Below are positions 20,035 through 29,555 of a DNA stretch of 64,000 nt, one piece after another. The position numbers were made by a program, and so were the translations under genes. Below the pieces are notes generated by a model. That model was not told the origin of the DNA and did no database searches. It saw nothing but the letters and a program-made list of their open reading frames with translations. This DNA comes from Gemmatimonadaceae bacterium. Lineage in GTDB: Bacteria; Gemmatimonadota; Gemmatimonadetes; Gemmatimonadales; Gemmatimonadaceae. The stretch lies in assembly GCA_051859245.1 (NCBI GenBank), contig JBHYGA010000001.1, positions 608,001 through 672,000 on the forward strand, given 5' to 3'. Position 1 is the stretch's first letter. Every line of letters begins with the position of its first letter.

Positions 20035-20406
20035 CTAATCGCCGCGGTAGACCACACGGAAACCACCGGTCTCTGAAATCTCCACGGCCGAGAGCGACGG
20101 AACGTTGGTACGCAGCGCCTTCCAGATCCAGAGCGCGAGATGTTCGCTTGTGGGATTTTCGAGGCCCGGGACCTCGTTCAGCAGGCGATGGTCGAGCGCG
20201 TTGTGCACGGGTGCCCAGGCGGTGGCGAGATCGGCAAAATCGACCACCCAACCACTATCTGGATCGATGGCGCCACGAACCACGAGTCGCACGCCAAAGG
20301 TGTGGCCGTGCAAGCGGCCGCAGGGATGGCCTTCGCTCACATTCGGGAGTCGCCGCGCGCTGGCCAGCGTAAAGTCGGCGGACAACTCAGCCACCGGTGC
20401 ACCCAC
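20035..20406 (-). CDS. queD: 6-carboxy-5,6,7,8-tetrahydropterin synthase (atypical first His position)
   Basis: 'CGRLHGH', 'GWVVDF', 'LDHRLLNE', 'NPTSE', 'ET'; colinear with E. coli QueD as I recall it. Confidence 0.88.
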   Translation of the reverse strand: MGAPVAELSADFTLASARRLPNVSEGHPCGRLHGHTFGVRLVVRGAIDPDSGWVVDFADLATAWAPVHNALDHRLLNEVPGLENPTSEHLALWIWKALRTNVPSLSAVEISETGGFRVVYRGD

Positions 20407-20411
20407 GGAGG

Positions 20412-21092
20412 TCAGGGCCGCTTGTCCGTGAGCGAGTCACGCATCGAATCGAGATACGCGAACACGCTGTCGTATCGCGCCGCGACAAAGTCACCATCGA
20501 CCAATCGGCGCACGCCTTTCCACTGGCGTACGAGCGAGGAGCGCGTTTCGTCGAGTGAACTCTCGATCACCTGCCGCCGCGACGTGCTGGCGTGCACAAA
20601 CCGTCCTTCGCCCACGTACATGCCGACATGTGTGATGCGCGAGCCGGTGCCGAAGGTGAGCAAGTCACCCGGCTTCATCTGCGTGCGATCTTTCGGGATC
20701 GCCCGGCCGGCACGAGCCTGCTCCTGTGCCGTTCGCGGAAGCGAGATGTCAATGGCGCCAAGCACGTACTTGATCAGCGCGCTGCAATCGAATCCGCGCT
20801 CGGGATCGTTGCCGCCAAGTACGTAGCGAATGCCCATCGCGCTGCGTGCCCGTGCCACCACAGAATCACGAAGCGCGGTGACCGACGCAGCGAGGGCTGT
20901 GAAGGCCCGGGGCCGCGCCACATCAATGGCGACTTTGGGAATGGCCGAGAGATTCGTTTCGGCGGCCGAGACTCGGCTCGCTCCTGAGGTCGACGCTCCG
21001 TTCTGCGCAGACGCGGTAGTCGCCGTCAGCGTGACGACAACCGCGAGAGCGGCGCAGGACAAAACATGACGCTGGCGTGCAGAAGAAGGCAC
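20412..21092 (-). CDS. Secreted NlpC/P60 (C40) cell-wall peptidase
   Basis: 'GFDCSAL', 'PGDLLTF', 'HVGMYVG', 'FVHAS'. Confidence 0.93.
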   Translation of the reverse strand: MPSSARQRHVLSCAALAVVVTLTATTASAQNGASTSGASRVSAAETNLSAIPKVAIDVARPRAFTALAASVTALRDSVVARARSAMGIRYVLGGNDPERGFDCSALIKYVLGAIDISLPRTAQEQARAGRAIPKDRTQMKPGDLLTFGTGSRITHVGMYVGEGRFVHASTSRRQVIESSLDETRSSLVRQWKGVRRLVDGDFVAARYDSVFAYLDSMRDSLTDKRP

Positions 21093-21215
21093 GTCGAAGC
21101 GGAGGGTCGCAAGGTGAATGAGTCAGAAGGCGCTGCTCCAAGGGGTCTACTCCTCAGGTAGCACGCCGTAACGATGTGATAACGTACAGTCCGAACGCGC
21201 GTGGCGCGAGGGCGA

Positions 21216-21548
21216 TTACCCGATCGCCTTCTCCAGCATCACTTTTGTGACTTTCCGGTGTGACCCGTGCCACAGGGGCTGGCCGTCGCGGAACACAATG
21301 GTCTGCGGAGATTCGTGCCGGATCCCCAGTACCGCCTCAATGGCGTTCGAAAGCGTTCGCTGGCCGAGCACGTCCACAACCTGCACCGGGACATCGGGAT
21401 TGTCGGAGCTGAACGCCTTCACTTCTTCCATGGCAATGGCCGAGAGGCCGCACGCCGGGCTGTGCTTGAACAGGACGATCGTTGACGCATCGGACATTCG
21501 CGCACGCCACTCGGTGGCGTCCGCATCTGGAAATCGAACAATAGGCAT
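21216..21548 (-). CDS. YtxJ/BrxC-like monothiol thioredoxin-fold protein (DUF2847)
   Basis: 'LFKHSPACGLS', 'QRTLSNAI', 'IRHESPQ', 'WHGSH'; corresponds to the C-terminal 110 aa of the 21216..22295 track ORF. Confidence 0.85.
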   Translation of the reverse strand: MPIVRFPDADATEWRARMSDASTIVLFKHSPACGLSAIAMEEVKAFSSDNPDVPVQVVDVLGQRTLSNAIEAVLGIRHESPQTIVFRDGQPLWHGSHRKVTKVMLEKAIG

Positions 21549-21678
21549 ATTTATAGGTGTCGACCGGAACGTTTCCGATCTGAACGTGATACGCAAAAGG
21601 AATCGAATACCCTTTGATGTGCGCGCTACCGTCACAATGTGGCGAAGCCGTCTACTTTGAGACCCCGGACCTCTCCCC

Positions 21679-22302
21679 TTGAGCCATCGCGCCCCGCTGT
21701 TTCGTGTCTGGTTGGCCGTCCTCGTGATGCTCGGCACCGCGAGCGCCGCGCGCGCGCAGGACCTCAACAAGCTCGGACATGTGATCGGCTCTGCTTCAGC
21801 GCCGGTCGAGGTCATTGAGTTCCTCGACTTTGGGTGCCTGCAATGTGCGCGCTTCACCGAGCTCACGTTTGGCATGGTGGAGGAGGAGTTCATCCGCACC
21901 GGGCAGGTGCGGTGGCGCTCCGTGCCGTTTGTCGGAGGCGGATTCCGGCACTCGGCCTTCGCCGCGGAAGCCGCCGAGTGCGCGGCCGAGCAGAACAAGT
22001 ACTTCGTGATGCATGACTCGCTGCTATCGCGGCAGCGCGAGTGGGGCGGGCTGGGCAAGCCGGGGCCAGCATTGCTGGTCATCGCACAATCCGCAGGGGT
22101 GGACACCGCGCGATTCAATGCCTGTGTTCGCAGCGAGCGCACGCGGGACCGCGTACGAGAACACAAGGCCGCTGCGCTCGCACTGCGCGTGTACGGCACC
22201 CCCACCTTTTTCCTGCAGCGCGAGACGCGCTTGCTCGGCGCGATCCCCACCGCGCAGTTCCGGGACATCCTCAAGGCGGCGCTCGCGGCGGCCAAGCCGT
22301 AG
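21679..22302 (+). CDS. DsbA-family (thioredoxin-like) exported oxidoreductase
   Basis: 'EFLDFGCLQC', 'AAECAAEQ', cis-Pro 'GTPTFF'; signal peptide. Confidence 0.9.
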   Translation: MSHRAPLFRVWLAVLVMLGTASAARAQDLNKLGHVIGSASAPVEVIEFLDFGCLQCARFTELTFGMVEEEFIRTGQVRWRSVPFVGGGFRHSAFAAEAAECAAEQNKYFVMHDSLLSRQREWGGLGKPGPALLVIAQSAGVDTARFNACVRSERTRDRVREHKAAALALRVYGTPTFFLQRETRLLGAIPTAQFRDILKAALAAAKP

Positions 22303-22382
22303 TCGTTGGAGGGAGGAATCGGTTCTCGCGAGATCGGCGCCGTGCGCGTAGACTTGCCCGCGAACCCTTAACCCTCCCCACC

Positions 22383-25300
22383 GTGTTGCCACGCTCCATT
22401 CGCGCCCTCGGATTCGGCGCTGCCGGCTTTGGCGCTGTCGCTCTGGGCGCGCTGCTCACCGCGCCCCTCGCGTCCCCCGTTCACGCGCAGATCATTCCCG
22501 ACTCGGCGACCCGGTCAGCACTGCGCTGGCGCTCCGTGGGTCCGGCGAACATGGCCGGCCGCATTACGTCGATCGCCGTGCATCCGGGCAATCACAAGGT
22601 CTTTTACGTGGCCGGTGCAACCGGTGGCGTGTGGAAGACGGTGAACTCGGGCACCACGTTCTTCCCCGTCTGGGAAGACGGTCCGATTGCGTCGCTGGGC
22701 GACATTGCGATCGCGCCCAGCAATCCTGACATCGTGTGGCTCGGTACGGGCGAAGAAGATTCACGCAACTCCGTTGCGCCTGGCTACGGCGTGTACAAGA
22801 GCACCAACGGAGGGGTGTCGTGGCAGTCGATGGGGCTCGAGAAAACGCAGCACATTGGCCGCATCGTTATTCATCCGACCAATCCAGACATCGTGTACAT
22901 CGCCGCGCTTGGTGCGTTGTGGGGCACGAATGCCGAGCGCGGGCTCTACAAGACCACCGACGGCGGCAAAACGTGGACGCTGTCAAAGTTCATCAGTGAG
23001 CGCGCTGGTTTCGTGGACGTGGTCATGGACCCACGCGATCCGAATGTGTTGTACGCCTCGAGCTGGGAGCGCATTCGAAAGCCGAGTTCGTTCAAGAGCG
23101 GTGGGCCCGGGTCGGCGCTGTGGAAGACGACGGACGGCGGTGCGACATGGAAGGAGATTTCCGGGGGCGGATTCCCGGCCACGATGAAGGGCCGCATCAC
23201 GATCAAACTCGCGCCGTCGAATCCGGATGTGGTGTACGCGATGGTCGAGGCGGATTCGGTCAAGGGCGCCAAGCCATCGCTGTTGTTGAGCGGACTCTAT
23301 CGTTCGGCAGACGCAGGCGCATCATGGAAGTGGATGAACACCGAGAATCGGCGTCCGTTCTATTTCTCCGAGTTTGCCGTTGATCCGAAGAACGCCGACC
23401 GCCTGTATCGTCTGGCCGTTGCGTTTCACTCATCAGACGACGGCGGCAACTCGTGGCGTGCGGGTATGCTCGGCATTCACGAGGACTATCACGCGATGTG
23501 GATCAACCCGAACGATCCCGATCACTTCCTGGTGGGCGGTGACGCGGGATTGTTTCAGACCTACGATCGTGGCGGCACGTACGACGCACTGAACAACATG
23601 GTGATGTCGCAGTTCTATGGCATCAGCTATGACTACCTGGTGCCGTATCGCGTGTGTGGTGGCATGCAGGACAACGGCACGTCGTGCGCCATCACACGTC
23701 GTCGCGGCGGACAGCTACAAATGACAGACTGGTTTGCCTTGTTTGCGGCAGACGGGTTGCAGTCGGCGCAGAATCCGTTCAATCCGGACATTGTGTACTT
23801 CGAATCGCAGGGCGGCAATCTCATGCGTCGCGATCTGGGTACGGGAGAGTTGCTGCGCTTGCGTCCGCGCACGCTCACGCGCGCGAACTATGCGCCGCAG
23901 ATCGCCGCGATTCAGCGCGTTGCCGAAGGTCGCAAGCTGAGCGCGGAAGAGCAGGGGAGGCTCAACGCGCTGCGTGCCCGCATGAAGGATGAGCTCAGCG
24001 ATCCACAGGTGGCGACCCGCTGGAACTGGAACACGCCGTTCATTCTGTCGCGTCACGACGCGAATGTGTTTTATGCGGGCGCAGAAAAGCTGTTCAAGTC
24101 TGTGAAGGGCGGTGTCGATCTGCTGGCGATTTCGCCCGATCTGTCAACGGCCGACGAAAACGTGCTTCGCATTACCACCGGCTTTGATGCACTTGGCAAC
24201 CCGGCGCCAGACGCCACGGGCGGCATCACGCGCGACGCGACCGGTGCGGAAGAAAACGCCACGATCGTGACGATTGGTGAGTCGCCGATTGTGCCGGGCA
24301 TGCTGTACGTTGGCACCAGCGATGGCAACGTGTGGCTTACGCGAAACGATGGCGGAGCGTGGGAATCACTCACCGGTCGCTTTGCGGGCGTGCCGCGTGG
24401 TACGTACGTGAGTCGTGTGGAAGCGTCGCGTCATGATTCCGGCACGGTGTACGTGTCGTTCGACAATCATCGCGAGAATGACTTTACGCCGTACCTGTTT
24501 GTCTCGCGTGACTACGGTAAAACGTTCACGTCGCTCGCCGCGGGCATTCCCCGCGATCGTCCGAACACCGTGTATGTCGTGCGTGAAGATCCCGTGAACA
24601 AGGATCTTTTGTACATCGGCACAGAGCTGGGCGCGTCGGCATCGCTCGACGCGGGACAAACATGGTTCGCCCTGCGCGAAAACCTGCCCACGGTGCCCGT
24701 GTATGATTTGCAAGTGCATCCGCGTGACCGTGAACTCATTGCCGGAACCCATGGTCGCGGTGTGCAGATTCTTGATGTCGCACCGCTGCAGCAGCTCACG
24801 AGCAGCGTGATGAACAAGGCCGTGCATGTGTTTGAGCCCGCACCAGCGTTTCAATACGGACAGCTGCCCGCTCCGTCAGAGCAACGCGCGCAGCGCGGCT
24901 GGAAATCGGATGGTGGACCCAACGGCGCCGTGATCGCGTATCGCCTGTCGGTTCCGGTCTCGGGGGCAGTGCGCGTGCTGGTGCTGAGCGCGGGCGGTGA
25001 TACACTGGCACGCATCAACGGAGCGAATACCGCCGGTCTGCATCGCGTGGAGTGGAACATGCAAACAGCCGGCGGATTCGGTGGCGGTTTTGGCGGTGGT
25101 CGCGGTGCGTTGATTCCGGGTGCGCCGGTTGAGGGCTTCCCGCCGGGCTACAACCCGCGTCCAGCCGAAGCGCGCGGCGTCGCCGACAGCAGCGCGAATC
25201 CGAGTTCGGTGCAGCGTCGTCTTGCCGCGGCACCGGCACAGACCGGTGGCGGTGGTGGCGGCGGCGGTGGTGGTGGTGGTTTTGGCGGCGGTGCACCGCG

Positions 25301-25424
25301 CGCGGTAGATACCGGTGAATATCGTGTGGTGCTCGACGCTGGCGGACAAACCAGCAGTACGGTGTTGCGCGTGCAGCGCGTGGGACCTTCGGATCGTGCC
25401 GTGATGGTGCCAGCGGTTCGCTAA
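22383..25424 (+). CDS. Secreted BNR/VPS10 (sortilin-like) beta-propeller 'glycosyl hydrolase' family protein
   Basis: 'WRSVGPANMAGRI'; many Asp-box repeats (KTTDGGKTW, SSDDGGNSW, TRNDGGAW, SRDYGKTF); 'GTHGRG'. Start approximated to GTG 22383. Confidence 0.88.
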   Translation: MLPRSIRALGFGAAGFGAVALGALLTAPLASPVHAQIIPDSATRSALRWRSVGPANMAGRITSIAVHPGNHKVFYVAGATGGVWKTVNSGTTFFPVWEDGPIASLGDIAIAPSNPDIVWLGTGEEDSRNSVAPGYGVYKSTNGGVSWQSMGLEKTQHIGRIVIHPTNPDIVYIAALGALWGTNAERGLYKTTDGGKTWTLSKFISERAGFVDVVMDPRDPNVLYASSWERIRKPSSFKSGGPGSALWKTTDGGATWKEISGGGFPATMKGRITIKLAPSNPDVVYAMVEADSVKGAKPSLLLSGLYRSADAGASWKWMNTENRRPFYFSEFAVDPKNADRLYRLAVAFHSSDDGGNSWRAGMLGIHEDYHAMWINPNDPDHFLVGGDAGLFQTYDRGGTYDALNNMVMSQFYGISYDYLVPYRVCGGMQDNGTSCAITRRRGGQLQMTDWFALFAADGLQSAQNPFNPDIVYFESQGGNLMRRDLGTGELLRLRPRTLTRANYAPQIAAIQRVAEGRKLSAEEQGRLNALRARMKDELSDPQVATRWNWNTPFILSRHDANVFYAGAEKLFKSVKGGVDLLAISPDLSTADENVLRITTGFDALGNPAPDATGGITRDATGAEENATIVTIGESPIVPGMLYVGTSDGNVWLTRNDGGAWESLTGRFAGVPRGTYVSRVEASRHDSGTVYVSFDNHRENDFTPYLFVSRDYGKTFTSLAAGIPRDRPNTVYVVREDPVNKDLLYIGTELGASASLDAGQTWFALRENLPTVPVYDLQVHPRDRELIAGTHGRGVQILDVAPLQQLTSSVMNKAVHVFEPAPAFQYGQLPAPSEQRAQRGWKSDGGPNGAVIAYRLSVPVSGAVRVLVLSAGGDTLARINGANTAGLHRVEWNMQTAGGFGGGFGGGRGALIPGAPVEGFPPGYNPRPAEARGVADSSANPSSVQRRLAAAPAQTGGGGGGGGGGGGFGGGAPRAVDTGEYRVVLDAGGQTSSTVLRVQRVGPSDRAVMVPAVR

Positions 25425-25481
25425 CGCAAACAGCGCGTACGCTCGCCGTCACGTGATTTTTCCTCTTCCATCCCTCGTCTC

Positions 25482-26438
25482 ATGAATGAACGAACTGCGC
25501 AATTCATTGTGAACATCGCCGCCATCGCCGCGCTTGCTGACGGCGAGCACGACGAACGGGAACAACAGGCCGTGGCAGACGTGGCCACGCGTCTTGGTGT
25601 TCCACTCGAGGAATTTGTGCTGGCCGACGGCGACAGCGCGCCAATGGCCGCGGCGCAGGTTGCGCGCAGCTTGATGACAGAAGAAGCACGCGTCACGGCC
25701 TATCGCGTGGCACTCGCCGTATGCCACGCGGATGGATACGCGAACACGCGCGAGACGCTATTTCTGCAGAGTCTCGCGCGTTCCCTCGATATTGACCCGG
25801 CCAAGTATGATGCCGAGTCGTCGACCACAAAACGGGCGATCGATACGTGGTTGTACGGCAGCGCCACGCCGTCTGGTGGAACACCGCTGATCGGCGCGCA
25901 GCAGAGCGCCGAAAAGATCGGCGGTTCCACGGACGAGTTCATTCTCAATCAGGCCATGCTGTCGGCGGCGCTTGAACTGCTGCCCGATCGACTGGCGAAT
26001 CTCGGTATTCTGCCGCTCCAGGTGCGACTCGTGCACATCATCGGCCAGCAAAGCGGCCAGGCGACGGATGGTGTGCAAGTGAAAGAGTTGATTGCGACAC
26101 TCGGCGTTGGTGTGGCGGCGCAGGCGATTGAATCGGTGGTACGCAAAACGTTTGGCGGGCTGGCTGGTGGATTACTCGGCGGCTTGCTGGGCGGTGCCGC
26201 CGGCATGGCCGCGGGTGGCGCGGTTACGTTTGCCACGACCTACGCGTTGGGGCACGCGGCGCAACAGTACTACGCGCAGGGACGCAGCATGTCGACCGCC
26301 GATTTCAAGGCGTTGTTCTCGCGATTGAAGGCGGATGGCACCACGATGTACCCGAGAGTGCAGCAACGCGTGCGTGAAATCGCCAGCGGCAACTCGTTGC
26401 AGTCCATCATACAATCTGTTCGCGGAGAAATGGCGTAA
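25482..26438 (+). CDS. TerB-like domain fused to a DUF697/YcjF-like C-terminal domain
   Basis: Two TerB half-motifs 'AALADGEHDERE' and 'VCHADGYANTRE'; C-terminal 'ILPLQVRLV', Gly-zipper helix and 'FATTYALG'. Confidence 0.7.
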   Translation: MNERTAQFIVNIAAIAALADGEHDEREQQAVADVATRLGVPLEEFVLADGDSAPMAAAQVARSLMTEEARVTAYRVALAVCHADGYANTRETLFLQSLARSLDIDPAKYDAESSTTKRAIDTWLYGSATPSGGTPLIGAQQSAEKIGGSTDEFILNQAMLSAALELLPDRLANLGILPLQVRLVHIIGQQSGQATDGVQVKELIATLGVGVAAQAIESVVRKTFGGLAGGLLGGLLGGAAGMAAGGAVTFATTYALGHAAQQYYAQGRSMSTADFKALFSRLKADGTTMYPRVQQRVREIASGNSLQSIIQSVRGEMA

Positions 26439-26450
26439 CGCCGGGTTCTC

Positions 26451-28070
26451 ATGACCACTCGCCGGGATTTCCTATCGCGTACGTCGGTGTCGCTGCTGTC
26501 GCTCGCGGCCGCGCCCACAATTCTCGCGGTACGCGCCGATCACGACATCATCCTGCGTGGCGGCACCGTGTATGACGGTACGGGCTCGAGCGGACGTGTG
26601 CTTGATGTTGGCATCACCAACGGTCGCATTGCAGAAATCAGCGCACGAATTTCCGGCCGCGGACGCGAGGAGATCGACGTGCGTGGCTTGGTCGTCGCGC
26701 CAGGCTTTGTGGATCTGCACTCGCACGCGGACAGCTCGCTCTTTGACGATGCGCGCGCGGAATCGGTGATCCGCCAGGGCATTACCACAATTGTTGGCGG
26801 CGCCGATGGAAGTTCGCGCGCGGTCGGCACGCCGGCACGACCATTCAAGGCATACTTCGACAGCATTAACCGCCTCAAGCCGTCGTGCAATGTGGCGAGC
26901 AACGTTGGTCTGGGCAGTGTGCGCGGGGCGGTGGTTGGTAACGATGACCGGCCGGCCACGCCAAGCGAACTCAACACCATGCGCGACTGCGTGGAGCGCG
27001 CGCTCACTGATGGTGCGTGCGGTGCATCCACCGGGCTCGAGTACACGCCGGGTGCGTTTGCGTCGCTCGAAGAGCTGATTGCGTTGTGCACACCGCTGGC
27101 GTCTCGTGGATTGATCTACTCCACGCACATGCGCAATGAAGATGATCGATTGCTGCAGGCGATCGATGAATCCATTGCCGTGGCAAAGGGGGCAGGCTGC
27201 GGGTTGCAGATCTCGCATCTCAAAACGCAGGGACCGCGCAACTGGGGTGTGCTCGACACGGTGTTCGCGCGCATTGAAGCGGCGCGCGCCGACGGCATGG
27301 ACGTTGCCTTTGATCGCTATCCGTATCTCGCATACGCCACCGGTCTCACCAGCTTGTTCCCGGTGTGGAGTCGTGATGGCGGCACAGACGCGTTCTTTCG
27401 CCGGCTCGATGATGCGTCCGTAGCACCACGTATTCGCGAAGAAACGCTGGCCAAGATCGCGCTGGTCGGTGGCTGGGACAATGTGCAGATCACTTCGGTG
27501 CGCGCGGTTGAAGATCGTGACGCGGAAGGCGCACGTCTGGGTGCCTACGCGGCGCGCAGCAACACCGATCCGTACGAGCGAACGGTGCAGCTTCTTCGGC
27601 GCAGCGAAGGCAATGTGAGTATGATCGGATTTGCGATGAGCGAGACCAATCTCGAACGCATTCTTTCGCATCCGCTCGGCATGGTGTGTACCGATGGCGG
27701 CGGTTTTGCGATCGACGGGCCAACACGCCGCGGCAGCCCGCACCCTCGCGGCATTGGCAGCTTTGCGCGCGTGCTTGGCCGGTACGTGCGTGAGCGCAAG
27801 ACACTCAGCATGGCGTCAGCGATTCACAAAATGAGTGCGTTGCCCGCGAGTCGCGCGCGTCTCGTGGATCGTGGACGCATTGCGGTCGGGCAGTGGGCCG
27901 ACGTGATCGCGTTCGACGCACAGACCGTGGCGGATGTGGCAACGTTCGAAGCGCCGTTTCAGTATCCGGTGGGCATGCGGATGGTGCTCGTGAATGGAGC
28001 AGTCGCGCTGCGCGATGGATCGCGCAGTGCCACGGGCACCGGCCGTGCACTACGGCACGGGGTGGGTTGA
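26451..28070 (+). CDS. N-acyl-D-amino-acid deacylase (amidohydrolase), Tat-exported
   Basis: Tat motif 'TRRDFL'; 'PGFVDLHSH', 'STGLEYTPG', 'THMRNE', 'ISHLK', 'HPRGIGSF'. Confidence 0.92.
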   Translation: MTTRRDFLSRTSVSLLSLAAAPTILAVRADHDIILRGGTVYDGTGSSGRVLDVGITNGRIAEISARISGRGREEIDVRGLVVAPGFVDLHSHADSSLFDDARAESVIRQGITTIVGGADGSSRAVGTPARPFKAYFDSINRLKPSCNVASNVGLGSVRGAVVGNDDRPATPSELNTMRDCVERALTDGACGASTGLEYTPGAFASLEELIALCTPLASRGLIYSTHMRNEDDRLLQAIDESIAVAKGAGCGLQISHLKTQGPRNWGVLDTVFARIEAARADGMDVAFDRYPYLAYATGLTSLFPVWSRDGGTDAFFRRLDDASVAPRIREETLAKIALVGGWDNVQITSVRAVEDRDAEGARLGAYAARSNTDPYERTVQLLRRSEGNVSMIGFAMSETNLERILSHPLGMVCTDGGGFAIDGPTRRGSPHPRGIGSFARVLGRYVRERKTLSMASAIHKMSALPASRARLVDRGRIAVGQWADVIAFDAQTVADVATFEAPFQYPVGMRMVLVNGAVALRDGSRSATGTGRALRHGVG

Positions 28071-28078
28071 GGCCCGAC

Positions 28079-28723
28079 TCAACGCACCCCGATATCCTTG
28101 TGCGTCTGCACTGACAAGCGCCACTGCGGATGCGCCAGGCAGTACGCAATCGCCGCCGCCGTGTTCTCGGCGCGATGCGGACCATCCATCGGTTGCAGCA
28201 GAAAGTGGTCGAACGCGAGTGATGCAAATCGCGCGGGATCGCCGAGCGCTCCTGTCTGCGGAAACACGAGCTTGAGCTCCTGCCCACGTGTTTGCACCAA
28301 CGTGGCATTCACCTTCGGGCTCACGCAGAGCCAGTCAATGCCGTCAGGCGCGGCAATCGTGCCGTTGCTCTCCACCGCGATCTCGAACCCGGCGGCGTGC
28401 AACGCATCGATCGCGGCCGCGTCCAGTTGCAAGAGCGGTTCACCGCCCGTGCACACAACGAACGGACGCACATGCGATGGTGCATCTGCCGGCCAACGTG
28501 ACTTCACGGCGTTCGCCAGCAATTCGGCCGAAGCAAACTTGCCGCCATCGGGACCGACCCCCACAAAATCCGTGTCGCAAAACTGACAGATCGCATTCGC
28601 GCGATCCGCTTCCCGTCCCGTCCACAGATTGCAACCGCTGAATCGACAAAACACCGCGGGGCGACCCGCGTTCACACCTTCGCCCTGCAGCGTGTAGAAG
28701 ATTTCCTTGACGGTGTAAGTCAC
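28079..28723 (-). CDS. queE: 7-carboxy-7-deazaguanine synthase, CX14CX2C radical-SAM type
   Basis: '[11 protein letters not shown]', '[23 protein letters not shown]', 'TGGEP', 'VSPK', 'QTHK'; GTGA overlap with queC. Confidence 0.95.
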   Translation of the reverse strand: MTYTVKEIFYTLQGEGVNAGRPAVFCRFSGCNLWTGREADRANAICQFCDTDFVGVGPDGGKFASAELLANAVKSRWPADAPSHVRPFVVCTGGEPLLQLDAAAIDALHAAGFEIAVESNGTIAAPDGIDWLCVSPKVNATLVQTRGQELKLVFPQTGALGDPARFASLAFDHFLLQPMDGPHRAENTAAAIAYCLAHPQWRLSVQTHKDIGVR

Positions 28724-29460
28724 GAGGCGCGTGACTCCACGTAGGCAATGGGATCGTGTGCGCCCGCTTCGGCAAAGCCTTTCAGGCGCAGCAAGCACGC
28801 ATCACAGTGTCCACACGCGGCGCCATCCGGTGCGGGATCATAACAGCTCGTGGTGATCGAGTAGTCCACGCCGAGCGAGTGGCCAAGCGACACAATGCCC
28901 GCTTTGGTGAGATGCAGCAGTGGCGCATGAATCGTGAGACGCTGCGTGCCTTCCACACCCGCACGCGTAGCCAGATTCGCCATATGTTCAAACGCGCGCA
29001 AATACTCCGGACGACAGTCTGGATAGCCGGAATAATCCAGCGCGTTCACGCCAACAAAAATGTCGGTCGCGCCAAGTGTCTCTGCCCAGGCAAGTGCAAA
29101 CGACAGAAAGATCGTATTACGTGCCGGCACGTACGTGATGGGAATATCGTGCGCCGCCGAGACATCGCGATCCTTGGGGACAGCCGCATCGCTGGTGAGC
29201 GCTGAGCCTCCCCACTGCCGCAGATCAATGTCGACCACCACGTGCGCGGCCACGCCCTGCGCCGCCGCAACTCGATGCGCGGCGTCGATTTCGTGCGAGT
29301 GGCGTTGGCCGTAGCGAAAGGTCATGGCGTGCGGCGCGAATCCATCGCGTCGGGCCACAGCCAGCACGGTGGTGGAATCAAGGCCGCCGCTGAGCAACAC
29401 CACGGCGGGTTTCGCGGCGTTCGGCGGGCTCTGGGGTATCGAACTCTCGGTTACTGGCAT
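28720..29460 (-). CDS. queC: 7-cyano-7-deazaguanine synthase
   Basis: 'LSGGLDS', 'YVPARN', 'YPDCR' and Zn site 'SCY...CGHCDAC'. Confidence 0.96.
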   Translation of the reverse strand: MPVTESSIPQSPPNAAKPAVVLLSGGLDSTTVLAVARRDGFAPHAMTFRYGQRHSHEIDAAHRVAAAQGVAAHVVVDIDLRQWGGSALTSDAAVPKDRDVSAAHDIPITYVPARNTIFLSFALAWAETLGATDIFVGVNALDYSGYPDCRPEYLRAFEHMANLATRAGVEGTQRLTIHAPLLHLTKAGIVSLGHSLGVDYSITTSCYDPAPDGAACGHCDACLLRLKGFAEAGAHDPIAYVESRAS

Positions 29461-29555
29461 CTCTGAAAGGTACCTCCCCGAAGCCCGTGGATGGTATTCT
29501 TCAGCGTCCAAACCGTCACCCCAAGCCCCGACTGCCTGTGCCCAAAGGATTTACG

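Noticed and set aside
25245..25292. Poly-glycine (GGC/GGT) tract, also at about 11690-11735
   Set aside because: A flexible low-complexity linker with mixed codons, common in such secreted proteins.
28079..28723. Non-canonical CX14CX2C radical-SAM motif as a novelty
   Set aside because: This is an already described QueE subtype.
16555..29460. queC/queE/queD plus a nuclease as a 7-deazaguanine DNA-modification (dpd) or QueC-based defence island
   Set aside because: No DpdA/TGT paralogue, helicase, TatD or cyclase is present. QueC and QueE are canonical and the nuclease is an exported lipoprotein, so queuosine synthesis is the simpler reading.
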